The notes under the pieces are model-generated. The model was not told the origin of the DNA and did not search any database. It saw only the letters and a program-made list of their open reading frames with translations. Of a stretch of DNA of 64,000 nucleotides, positions 37,434-49,400 are shown piece after piece (position 1 is the first letter of the stretch; each line of letters opens with the position of its first letter). A program made the translations under genes and the position numbers. Origin of the DNA: Macrostomum hystrix (taxonomy: Eukaryota; Animalia; Platyhelminthes); assembly GCA_950097015.1 (NCBI GenBank), contig CATNEN010000038.1:10602001-10666000 (forward strand), read 5' to 3'.

Positions 37434-40400
37434 ATGCCCCTGCTTCACCTGCCAGTGGTACACAAGTTTGGGATAATCTCCCATAGTCGAAGATTGGAAC
37501 TGCAAGAGCGTCTGCTGCAGGCTGCCCTTCAGGATGGCAAAGGAAAGGAAGGATTCCAGCCTAAAAAGTGAGAACTGAATTTTGTACAAAAGAAACAAGT
37601 AAAACACCTTAAAATGACATTATGATGTCAGAAAATATTCGAATTTTAACAGCAAAACATCCTACTCAGCTAATTATTCAGCAGTTTCATCTTTGATATC
37701 AAAGAAGCGTAGCAATTTTATTCTTGCACTGCAGGAATCCATTCGAGGTGACGGACGCGTTTATCAAGAAGTACAACTCAGCCCAGGCGGCCAACGAGAA
37801 GGCGGCCAGCGAAGCTGAGGCTCAGCGCCTGCTGGCTCGCGTCAGGCGTCGGGCCGGCCTTCGAAACGGCGGCGTCGGGCAGCACGTGAACCTGCCGTTC
37901 GCTTGGACGGAGCTGATCTTTCTGGCACACTGCCGGGGCAAGGTGCACCAGGGTGCGTCATCTATTATGTTCATTTTTTGAGAGGCATGCCAATTTTGAG
38001 TTTTATTAAATCCAGCTCATACAGTAACTGAGAGATTTGGCATTGTTATGAAATTGTTATAAAATTTATATTAAAAAGTTTATAAAGCGTTATAAAACTG
38101 TTGCGAAAGGCAAGCAAAGCAATTCCCACAGTAGCTCTGCTAATATATAGCCAGAATCAGGGGTCACGTGAGTTTCAAAAATATAAACTGACGTCAGTAA
38201 AAAGAGACGCGAAAATGACCTCGGGGTAAGGAATTTCGTAATCTAAAAATAGAAACTGACGCATAAAATTGCACGCATTGTTGATTGTAATCTAAAAATA
38301 GAAACTGACGCATACATCTGCACGCATTATTGATTTTTTGTAATCTAAAAATAGAAACATGACAAGTGGACAGGCGTGGATCTAGATATTAACGGAGGAC
38401 AAATACCTTGAAGTGACCGATCATCCTTCGATCAGATGCCCTGGACACGCTGCTGCTGTCGCTGGAGCAGGCCCCTGTTGGCTACTACCAGATCCCGGCG
38501 CTTTTCTACATAGCCGAGACCGTTCTGTACTGGCTGCAGTCAGAGTCGCCAAACTCGGACGCTCTGCGCAGCGCCGAAGTGAAAAGCCTGCGCATTGGTC
38601 AGGTGACTTTCCTGCGCCTGTTCTACCACCACATGACCGGCCAGCTGCGCCGGCACTCCGAGAGCCGCTCCCGCCTGGCGCTGTACCTCAGGGAGTTTCC
38701 CCAGCTGGCTCACCTCTATGCCGCCTATCCGGACGTGGCCTTCTGTCACAGCTTCATCGTTGCTGTTGGCGCGGTGGTCGCGTCATCCGCGTCGGTTGAC
38801 GCCGTCGAGGATGCGACAGCGGTCGAGGCTGAACCGACGGCGGACGAAGCGGCGGCTTCGCCTGAGCTGCGATCGCTGGTAACAGCGGAGGTGCACGAGT
38901 TGAGTCCGCTGCTCTGGCACGCGCTGGATGTCTGGCGTTGCGCCAGGCACCTCGGCGGCGATCTGGACGGAGCTCTGGACGGCCTGCTGGAGTGCAGCAT
39001 CGGCATGGCCCAGCAGGGCAACTGGTGCGAGCTGACGGGATTTGCAGACCATTCCTTGCTCATTTCTCCGCTTGGTTTTTTGCCTAGACTTTTAAGAACT
39101 AGCCTAGACGAAGCTGCAGTGTTTTGTGTCTTGCGTGGCAACTGAATATTGAAAGCTCGGTTAACATAGTAGATACGTCTAATCTTTTCCATGGCTTTTT
39201 TATCCTCTCCCTGATCTGTCTCTTGTCTAATCTCTCTCCTGTCTAATCTCTTCCCTGTCTAATCTCTTCCCTGTCTAATCTCTCCTATGTCTAATCTCTC
39301 TCCTGTCTAATCTCTTCTCTATCTCATCTCTCTCCTGTCTCATCTCTCCCCGTCTCATCTCTCACCTGTCTCATCTCTCCCCGTCTCATCTCTCCCCTGT
39401 CTAATCTCTCTCCTGTCTATTCTCTCCCCTGTCTCATCTCTCCCCTGTGTCATCTCTCACCTGTCTCATCTCTCACCTGTCTCATCTCTCCCCGTCTCAT
39501 CTCTCCCTGTCTCATCTCTCCCTTTCTCATCTCTCACCTGTCTTATCTCTCACCTGTCTCATCTCTCCCTGTCTGATCGAATTCTTCTTCATTTGACTCG
39601 CTGTTCTCTCGTGGGTTCTCTTTTTGGCCCTCGGAGCCTACATGTAACTGTAAATTTACTGTAACTGTAATTAGTTCCCGGACTCCTGCACCAGACAATT
39701 TAAGAATTAACTTCCGCTCCCCAGGATCGACACCTATTTAGCCCTGATGATTGTCGGCAACGCGGCCTGCGAGGATGTCGAGTGCTTGAAGGCATTCCTT
39801 GAATTAGGCGCCGATCGGACGATTGTGCTTAACGATGGGGAGACGTTAAGTGAGGATTTTTTATATTTTTTTAATTCTAAAGGCGTCATGCTAATGGCTA
39901 ATTCATTTTTTTCTGTTAGGTAGCGACTCCAAGACCATTACGGAAACAGTGGACGCGACGGACGGTCGGCCAGCAGCTGTTGCCATGGAGATAGATGAGG
40001 ACGCTAGCGTTGCTACGACAACCTTCCCGGCACTGAGCAGCGGCCACGGCAACGGGAGAAATCCAGCGTCAGCCTCATCTGCTGCTGAGCCGGAGACTCA
40101 ACCGCAGCCTCCGAAGCCACCAACCGGACGCTACTCGGTTGGCATGGCAACGTGGCCCTGGCAACTGGCATCCGGCTTTGTCCAGCAGCTGACCCGGGCT
40201 TGTCTAGACGGAGAGTCCAGCTCGGTGCGGCAGCTGGCGCTGACTGCCGACCCCAACTGCTCGCTGGCCGCCCTTGCGCTGCGGCACATCGACACGGACG
40301 TCGACGCCGGCGCCGAGGACACCTGCTGGAAAATTCGCTACCTGGCTTTGCAGGGCCTCTCGATAGTGGCCAAGGTGAACATGATTTGGTGACACTAGAC

Positions 40401-42274
40401 CCGCAGCTAGCGAGCCGGCAGTTCTGCCCGTTCCGATGACTCCTGAGCACACGCTCACACAGGTGTGTACATCTGCCCTGACTTTCTCATCGTCAGGCAG
40501 TGTACAGTCTCACTGTGCCTTGAAAGTTGGCCCTCCAAAGGGCGTAAATTGCACGACAAGCCACCCAAGCCTTCTCTACGCGGCTGCGCCCCAATTTAAA
40601 ATGGCTTCGCCGTGGAATCGAGCCCAGGGACCACCCCCCCGGACATTACTTAGTTAATGCTAGCCAAGATTGAGAATCTTATTTTTTTATCAGAACAGCT
40701 CTCATATAAGATTCTTTCAATTAGGAGCCTAGCATAGTGTTGAAAAAGTTGAAGAACTTTTAAAAAATTAATGATGTGAATAGATTCTAGAATAGACAGG
40801 GAATCTAAAACTTTAAGTCCAATCAAGCTGGTCTAGAAAATGCAAACTACTCTACTAACAGTAGAGGCGAGCGAATATTTCAATTAAATGTGTCCCCCTC
40901 AATGCACCTAGTCGGCCGTCAAGGACGACCTGCGTCGCTGCCTGAGCGAGGCGGCCTGGCCGGTGCTAGAGCAGAGCCAGCGCAGGGAGAGGATCGGTCA
41001 AGTCCTTGACGGCCTACCGCTGGCCGGAGTCTGGGCCCAGCTAGCACAGCTGGCAGCCGCTGAGACGCCGTCAAAATCTGGCGGCGGGGGCCTGATTGGT
41101 CACGTGGCCTACGCGCTCACTTTGGTCTACCTGCCCGCGCTGCCGCCACCGGTCAGTCTGCTGCCAACTGCCGGACAGGACCGAGGCCACGGAGCCGCTC
41201 GTGACGGTAAGCAGCAGCAGCAGCAGCCGGCGCCAACACCGGCAGCTCCGTCGGGTGTCCGACGCCACCGGACCAGTCTGCGCCAGGAGATTTTTCTGTC
41301 GGCGGCCAACACGAAGCCAGCGGCAGGTTTTGCTGTGCGACGGGGCTTCGAGCTGCGCCGAGTTGTTGAAGACCAGGTTAGTGGGACGGTGACAGACCGC
41401 TTCGTGATTTGGGAGCCGCGGTTGAGGATTTGGGAATACAGCAACGGATTTGGGGGACAGCCACCCATGATTTGTGGGGGAACAGCCACCCAGGATTTGG
41501 GGGAACAGCCACCCAGGATTTGGGGGAACAGCCACCCAGGATTTGGGGGAACAGCCACCCAGGATTTGGGGGAACAGCCACCCAGGATTTGGGGGAACAG
41601 CCACCCAGGATTTGTGGGAACAGCCACCCATGATTTGTGGGGGAACAGCCACCCAGGATTTGGGGGAACAGCCACCCATGATTTGTGGGGGAACAGCCAC
41701 CCAGGATTTAGGGGAACAGCCACCCAGGATTTGTGCGAACAGCCACCCAGGATTTGTGGTGGGAACAGCCACCCAGGATTTGTGGGGGAACAGCCACCCA
41801 TGATTTGAGGGAACAGCCACCCAGGATTTGGGGGAACAGCCACCCATGATTTGAGGTAACAGCCACCCAGGATTTGGGGGAACAGCCACCCATGATTTGG
41901 GGGAACAGCCACCCAGGATTTGGGGGGCAGCCACCCATGATTTGGGGGAACAGCCACCCAGGATTTGGGGGACAGCCACCCAGGATTTGGGGAGCAGCCA
42001 CCCAGGATTTGGGGGAACAGCCACCCAGGATTTGGGGGAACAGCCACCCAGGATTTAGGGGAACAGCCACCCAGGATTTGGGGGAACAGCCACCCAGGAT
42101 TTGGGGGGACTGCCACCTTGAATTTGGGGAGACAATCTGTACAAAATTATTTTGATTACAGCGTTTCTAAGAAAATTTCCGTTTGAATTCCAGTGGCGCA
42201 AGCAGGCCCAGAGCCAGCTAGAGTTGGACAATGCCACCAGGCAGGCCAAGCTGCAGCTCAAACCGTCTGAATAA
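37434..42274 (+). CDS. TMEM232: Transmembrane protein 232 homologue, 7 exons (37434-37567, 37735-37952, 38436-39024, 39725-39849, 39920-40374, 40912-41376, 42194-42274)
   Basis: Spliced product has GQHVNLPFAWTELIFLAHCRGKVHQDALDTLLLSLEQA, IPALFYIAETVLY, IGQVTFLRLF, LLWH and WIDTYLALMIVGNAA, recognised from vertebrate TMEM232 ([34 protein letters not shown]); GT-AG introns with consistent phases. Confidence 0.85.
38240..38360. repeat. About 2.5 copies of a ~50-bp unit AATCTAAAAATAGAAACTGACGCATA...GCACGCATT in TMEM232 intron 2
   Basis: Direct repeats near 38240, 38289 and 38342. Confidence 0.7.
39230..39575. repeat. Pyrimidine-rich minisatellite CTCATCTCTCCCCTGT (TMEM232 intron 3)
   Basis: Tandem periodicity of ~16 bp. 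Confidence 0.9.
40383..40632 (-). mobile_element. SINE family A immediately after the TMEM232 exon 5 donor
   Basis: Reverse complement of the family A body. Confidence 0.85.
41445..42115. repeat. Minisatellite, ~23-bp unit GGGGGAACAGCCACCCAGGATTT (TMEM232 intron 6)
   Basis: Tandem periodicity; degenerate proto-units from ~41405. Confidence 0.95.
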
Positions 42275-42289
42275 CTGAAAACTGGACCC

Positions 42290-42355
42290 ACACTGCTCTC
42301 TGGTTGGAGACTGCTCTCTGGTTGGAGACTGCTCTCTGGTTGGAGACTGCTCTCT
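42290..42355. repeat. 18-bp tandem repeat ACTGCTCTCTGGTTGGAG x3.5 just after the TMEM232 stop
   Basis: Direct repeats. Confidence 0.85.
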
Positions 42356-42489
42356 TGTCTAATTTTTTATGTTTAATAGAAAAATATATACGATTATACT
42401 TGATACTTTTCAATATTATAGAATTGTCTTTTTTGCCCATTTTTTTGTTTACTTTTTCATTTTATTCAGTCGAATCTTAACATAAGGTA

Positions 42490-42855
42490 CGGAGGTGGGT
42501 GGCAGAGCGGTTAACGCGTTTGCCTCTCACACCAAGGTCCCTGAGCTCGATTTCGCGGCGAGGCCACATTCATTTGGGGCGCGGCCGGGGAGAGAAGGCT
42601 TGGGGGCTTGTCGTGCAATTTACGCCCTTGAGGGCCAACCTCCAAGGCACAGTGAGAGTGTACACTGCCTGACGATGAGAAAGTCAGGGCAGACGTACAC
42701 ACCTGTGCGAGCGTGTGCCTTCGTACAGTCTCTGTGTGCGTGTGTGCTCAGGAGTCAGCGAAATGGGCAGAATTGCCTCCTCGCTGGCTGCGGGTCTAGT
42801 GTCACGAAATAATGTGCCATCGCCCGCAGCCCTCCTGCAATTAATATTATTATTT
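42490..42855 (+). mobile_element. SINE family A, near full length
   Basis: tRNA-like head, internal hairpin CTGCCTGAC...GTCAGGGCAG, ATT tail. Confidence 0.88.
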
Positions 42856-43429
42856 ACGAGTACATGTGAAATTCCCAAATATTTGCGTTCGAATCGACGT
42901 GAAATTGGTGTTCGTTATAATTAAAATGTATCAATACTGTTAGTCCTTCCTTTTTATACTTTTTATAGGAAATAAGAAACAATAAATTCAATATTAACGC
43001 ATGTCAATGTTGTATCGAACTGAAACATGTATAAAAAATTTACATTTACATTAATTAATTTTCCGTTTATTTTACACTTCATTGATTATACGTACTTTTG
43101 AATAAGGAAACAGGTGAGAATAACGCGACTTGCTACGAGTTCTGTCTAATGCACGTGTGTTAATTAATTAGGCGGAAATAAAAATACTATAAATAATACG
43201 ATAGAATGTATAGGGTGCTACTGTTAGTAGTGTGAGGAGCTGTAAATTAGCTAGGATGTTGCATAAAGAACAGAATTATTGTTAGTTGGCGAATCGAGAA
43301 GAAAAGGCTTCAAATTAGTTAATGATTCTTTCACCGCCGTTTAGCAATGTCTCTTAGCCCGCCGTTAAGCAGTTTTTTGGCTTCAGTAGAGTAGAAGCTA
43401 GTTCGTTTCAAAGCAGAACTCAACTAGAC

Positions 43430-46400
43430 TCAGATGTGAGTAGTTGGCTGGTTGAACAGGTCCACTGGCGCGGTCAGCGATCCGTTTCGCGCTCCGTTTC
43501 GACGTCCCATGCCAGTTACGGTCGGTCCGACGTTCACGGCGGAGTCGAGAATCTTTCTGTCGTCGCTGTCGCCGCCTCCGTCGGAAATGTTGTCCTGAGC
43601 GAACCCCATTGTCTTCTCCATCTCATCGAATTGCGGAGGCTGCTGCTGCTGCTGCTGCCTACGACTCGCCAAATGCGTTGGCGGCGAGGCTAGGTTGATC
43701 TGGTTGTCGTCTATGGAGTCTTTGTCGCTGCAATGTTCGGCAGGGTGTTTTCAGCACGCTATTTTTCCCCCTCAGGAAAAACCAGGAGGTATTTTAAATA
43801 CCCGCTGCCTACTTTATAAATTAATAAATTTCATCTCAAACAAAAACGTATGCAAAGGCGCTTGAAAAAGTACAAACGCTAAAAGCCACTGTTACATGCA
43901 ATGTCAATCGAGTATGATTAATTCTAATAAAAAATTTTCTCCACGTCTAAGAGTATTCTTTTAGTAGCAGAACTGACATTTCACAATTCTAGCCAGTCCG
44001 AAATGAAATTTGACTCGCTTGACTGAATGGAGAAAAAACTTTTGTAACCTTATTTCTGTGAAACAAGTGACCAGCGACACATTTATGGGAGAAATATAGT
44101 TGAGAAATCAAGAACTAAGTGCTTGGAAAGCAATTCTCACCTCTCGTAGGCTCTGTTGTCGTACTGGGACGCATCAACCCCGTTCATCCAGATAGGATTT
44201 GATCTGCGAAATTGGTGCGACTGTTTTAGGAGGCCATTTGTACTTTTAAAACTCCGGTTAAGCAGACAATTTCTCAGTTTTTCTACTTCCATTTACTTAA
44301 TTATCTTTTATAACTTTTGAAGCAAAACAAATGCGAAAGTTAAAAATGTGAGCAGACTCACCCTTCAAAGGTGTGCATATTAGTTCCAGGTGTTTTCAAG
44401 CTGCTAATCTGCTGACCGCTAGGGCCTGAAACAGAAAAAAGACAATCAACTTCACAAAAAACTCAAGAACTGTTAAATTACCATCACGTACAGAGATTTA
44501 AATGTAGGGACGAGCATGTAGTGTAAGGGGAAAATAGTGAGTGTCGGGGCGAACTAGTGAGTGTCAGGACGAACTGGTGAGTGTCAGGACGAACTGGTGA
44601 GTGTCAAGGCAAACTGGTGAGTGTCAGGACGAACTGGTGAGTGTCAAGGCAAACTGGTGAGTGTCAGGACAAACATTTGAGTGTCAGAACAAACTAGCGA
44701 GTGTCAGAACGAAATAATCAGCTGAAAAAACTTTGTGACGGATAGTATTTATCGTATTAAGACGAACTCCTAAAAATTGTTAATCAGAGATTAGGTTCCG
44801 AATCATGCTGATAATTGTTTATTGGCTCACCAAAAGCCACGGCAGTCGCAGCCTTGAGCTTTCTGCGGTACATTCGCCTGCATGTCCACAATGAGATGCA
44901 GGAAAAGAACAGCAGCACGGTGAGGCCGCACGCGACTGCGATGAGCGCAATCTTCAGTACCTCCAGCGTCTGGTCCGTCGGCGTTGGCTGCTTCGCCAGC
45001 TTGACCCAGAGAACGCCGAACTGTCGATAGAGCACAATCATCTGGCTGGACAGCAGGTCGATGCGACTCTGCACGGTGATGGCTGGCACAATGCTGTTGT
45101 CCTTACGGTCTATGGCGTGAATGAAGACGTCTGACCTGTATGGTGATGTCAAAGGTTACGTACGCAGTGTTAATGACTATAAGCATAGATCACACCTGCC
45201 CCAGTTGAGTCAGATGTGCAGCCGACAGCACGCCCGCATCTATTGCGCGGCGCATCAGATGGCTGTTCAGTCGATGGGCTGGGGGGACGCCACACCCACC
45301 CTCAATTACCCCAGGAAAATGCTGGAAGTAAATCTCTAGACCTTTCGAACCCAAGACCCGATGCTCTAGCCTCTAGGCTACAAACCCGCTCCAGTGTCAA
45401 TCACCTGACACTCACCAGTAAGCTGGCATGTACTCAAGCATCTGCCCTGACCTTCTCATCGTAAGGCGGTGTGTCCTCGCACCCAGCCTTCTATCTGCTG
45501 TCGCGCCCATAACTAATACGGCTAACCGCTCCGCGACTCAACCACGCGTCATGGGGGGGTTAAAATTCTACTCCAGTATACTATTTTTTTAAGTCGTGCA
45601 ATTCCTTGCGACTTGCTATCCCAGGTTCGGTCGAATACTAATACAATCAAGACAATGCCGGCACTTGACAAAATAGCAAACTTATTAATGCATTAATTAT
45701 GAGTCCTTTGTGCTCACTTAGTTGGATCGGCTGAACCATCGTCCTTTTTATGCGTGACAATACTGTCAACTACCACTTGCCAGCCAGTGATATTGGACAG
45801 GTAGTTGATGAATGCGTCCCGATAGCGTGTGACATTGGCCGGCACATCCGCAATGGTGATGACGAGCTGCTGATCCAAGCTGAGCAGATAGATGGTGCAG
45901 GACGCTGTGGCGAAGTACTTGGTATCCGTTGCTGTCACGTTAAAGTAAAGCGAGCCGGCCATGCTCTCCTGGAAGTAAGTTCTCTCGCCCGTCTTTAGCA
46001 CACCTGTCCGATTGTCAAGAGAGAACACGCTGGAGAAGATGCCCCGCTGCTCCAGCTGCATTGTGAGCTGACTGGAGCTCGCTACTACTGGCGTGATGCT
46101 GAAGGTCAGCGCACTGTTATTACCGGAGTCGAGGTCCGAGACAAAATCAGCAAAACTAAACACGGTGGTGCCAGGTGGGTCGTTGACGTTGACTCCGCCA
46201 TAGTAGACTGGCGCGCTCCATATTGGTGGGTTGTCGTTGACGTCAGCCACGTTAACAACCACCAGAGCCATTGTCGGATTAGACGGGTTGAATGCCACGG
46301 GGGTGTCGTCTAGGTAGCGCCGTCTGCGACTCACGGTTGGAGCATTTCGCCATACGTAGGTATCTGGAGTCGGATCGAGAGTGTGAGTCATTGTTCAATC

Positions 46401-49400
46401 AGTAAAGATGATTATGTTTTCTCAATAGAAGAAGGACTCACTGGCCGAGCATTCGCTGGGTCCCACAGCAACAATGCGTAGAGTGTACTGCGACACACCT
46501 TCTCGGTCGAACGACTTTAAGGTGTACAGCTCGCCAGACTTGTTTAAATAAAATGTATCGTAGACTTTGTCTGTAAGTATTTTTTGAGGTAAATCATTAG
46601 TTTTGAAACAGGGCATTGTTGTTTAGCTGAGAGTGAAATTACCGAGAATAAAGTAGCAGACAGGACTGCTAGCGCCTGTGACATCGGGATCTGCCGCTTT
46701 CGCCACTGACCCGATGTACACGCCAGTCCGGTTGATGCCCGGAATCACCACCGACGGAGCGCTGTTCTCTGGCACTGAAAGCGTCTGCACTCGCGATGCA
46801 GAGGGAAACATGGGCGGGCCTTCGTCTACGTTCAAAACCTGGACGACGAGATTGATTTGGCTTGTTAATGGTGGCAATCCGAGGTCACGAGCTCGAACCT
46901 GGAAACGGTACTCTGATTTGGTCTCGAAATCCAGGTTGACACTGATTGTTATAAGGCCACTAATTGCGTCGATGGAAAACGCATTGTGGTCGCCGCTGCT
47001 GGAGGTCAGGTCGAATCGAATGACTGAGTTGTTCCCGAAGTCCTTATCAATAGCGCGCACTTGAATGAGAGTGTTTCCTATAGTGCTTGACCCATTGATG
47101 GACTCGTTTACGCGCAAGATGGTATCGGTGGTGTTGGGATAAACAAACTCTGGACTATGATCGTTCACATCGGCAATGAAGAAGGTGATGTTTGTGGAGC
47201 CTGTCATCGCGGGTGTACCGAAGTCTGTTGCCAGCAGGGTCAAGTGGTACCAGCCCACGGCCCCGGTGAGACTGACCCGAGTTGAGATCGCCGCGGAGAA
47301 AACGCTGCTTCGTTGGTTGGTGGCGACCTGCGAAATTTATTTCTAGATTTAGTAAATATCGTCCATACATCGATCTAGAAATTAATTACTGTTGATTCTG
47401 AAAGCAGCAAATTAGAAAAGTAAATTAGTCACCTTGAATAGGTTCAGCGCTTGCGAATTTTGTCCAGGAATGGCGGCAAAGGAGAAATTCATCGACGCGT
47501 TAATGCCAGCGTCGATGTCGGTGGCGGAAATCTCGCGAATCAGCTGATTGGCCTCCATGCTCTCCAGCAGTGAGGTGATTGTATAATTGCTCTGCGAGAA
47601 GCTCGGCGGATTGTCGTTGACATCCAGCACGTTGATGACCATGGTGCGGCTGCTACGCAGGCTGTCCGAGCTGCCGGGATTGTCGTAGGCCTCAATCAGC
47701 AAGCTGTAGGCGCTTCCTCCGGCTACATCGCGGTCCAACGGGCTCAAAATCTTCAGCTCCCCGGTCGAATCATTAAGTTGGAAACGCCCGTCATTGCCGC
47801 TGAGAATGCGGTAGCGAACAGTACCAAACAGCCCCGTGTCATTATCATAGGCCTGCACGGTAGTCAACACCGATCCTACGCTGAGACCCTCGGAGACGTT
47901 CAGACTCGCAGCGAACTGGTAGAACGTCGGCACAACATCGTTCACGTCGGTGACCGTAACGTAGACTGTCGCTGTAGTAACGTGAATGCTGTCGTTCGCC
48001 AGCACGAAGAACATGAGCTGGTCCTGCCTTTCGCGATCCAGCTCTGAAATCAGAGCCAACTGGCCTGTGTCCGACTTGGCCATGAAAGGAGCCGTCGATG
48101 GCTGCACGGAGTAGGACAAGGGCGAATTCGACGAGTCGGGGTCAGTGGCCATGGCCGTCAGGCTGATCTCTATTGGAGGCGCGAGACCTTCGGAAAGATT
48201 GACTCGATACGTGTTATTAATCGCTGGAGGAAGAAAAACCGGTGGTTCGTCGTTTAAGTCCAGTAGAGTGATGATTAGAGTTCCCGTGGCCGTCTGGATT
48301 TGGAGGGGCGTCTCAGCCGCCAGGTCGCGCACAAATATGGGCACGGTTATCTCTTGAGCTCGCTCGCGATCCATAATGTTTTTAACAAATAGTGTGCCAT
48401 TGGTTGAAGAGATATACAGCAAGTCGGTGAAGTTATACCTAGCGATGTTGACAGGTTGACCATTGGCTTCTTTCGCCTTCACTTCACTGTACAGGATGCT
48501 GTAATGCAGGCTTGCTGTCGAGTCTGGATCCTTGGCCGTGTACTGTGGAGAAATCGGCAACGTCTGGTTAATCGACGGGTTCTCCGGGAAACTCACGCTT
48601 CGCGACGGCGTGTCAAAGTAGGGCACCTGGTTGTTAACATCGCGCACGGTGATGAATACTCGACAGCTCCCACTACGCTGCGGCGAGCCCATATCGAAGA
48701 CTGCCACGGTGAGGTTGTAGTTGTCTCCGTACCTGTTCACATCGAGGTTCGCGCCGCGCTCCACTGATATGATGCCTGTGTCACCATTCATAGCGAACTT
48801 GTCCGCCGCACCAGACTGGATGCGGTAAAAAATGCGAGAATTGTCACTACCTGGCGCGTCGGCGTCTGTTGCATTTACCTGCACTACTGGCGTACCATAG
48901 GTGGCGTTTTCCATAACTGTACCGTTTAACTGGGCCCAGGTGCACACTGGACTATTGTCATTCTGATCCAACACTGTCACCGTCACTGTCACGGTGCTGT
49001 TCAATGAAGGCACACCGCCATCAAAGGCCATAACAGTGAGGTTGATGATACTCGATCTCAGCGCTTCATAGTCCAACGGTGACATCACGCCTAGAGTTCC
49101 AGTCAAGAGCGACACATTGAAATTGTTTCCAGAGTCACCGGCCACGATTTTATACATCACCAGAGAATTGTTGCTGCCTTTGAGGTCCTCATCGACGGCC
49201 TGGTAATGCAATGTTGATCGATCTTGGAATCTTTAGTATAGAATTAATAATTAATACGCGCATGAGGGCTGCGGGCGATGGTACATCATTTGGTGCCACT
49301 AGCGCAGCCAGCGTGGAGGCAATTTCGCTGACTCCTGAGCACACACGCACGCAGACACTTTACACAAGCACACGCTCACACAGGTGTGTACATCTGCACT

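Noticed and set aside
41071-42186. Multiple overlapping repeat ORFs, and read-through of ORF 40963 into the array
   Set aside because: A GT donor at 41377 and acceptor at 42193 place the array in a TMEM232 intron.
42655-42700. Possible hammerhead ribozyme in SINE A (CTGACGA-TGA-GAAA)
   Set aside because: No UH cleavage triplet or helix III in the right place; it folds better as a simple hairpin GTGTACACTGCCTGAC/GTCAGGGCAGAYGTACAC.
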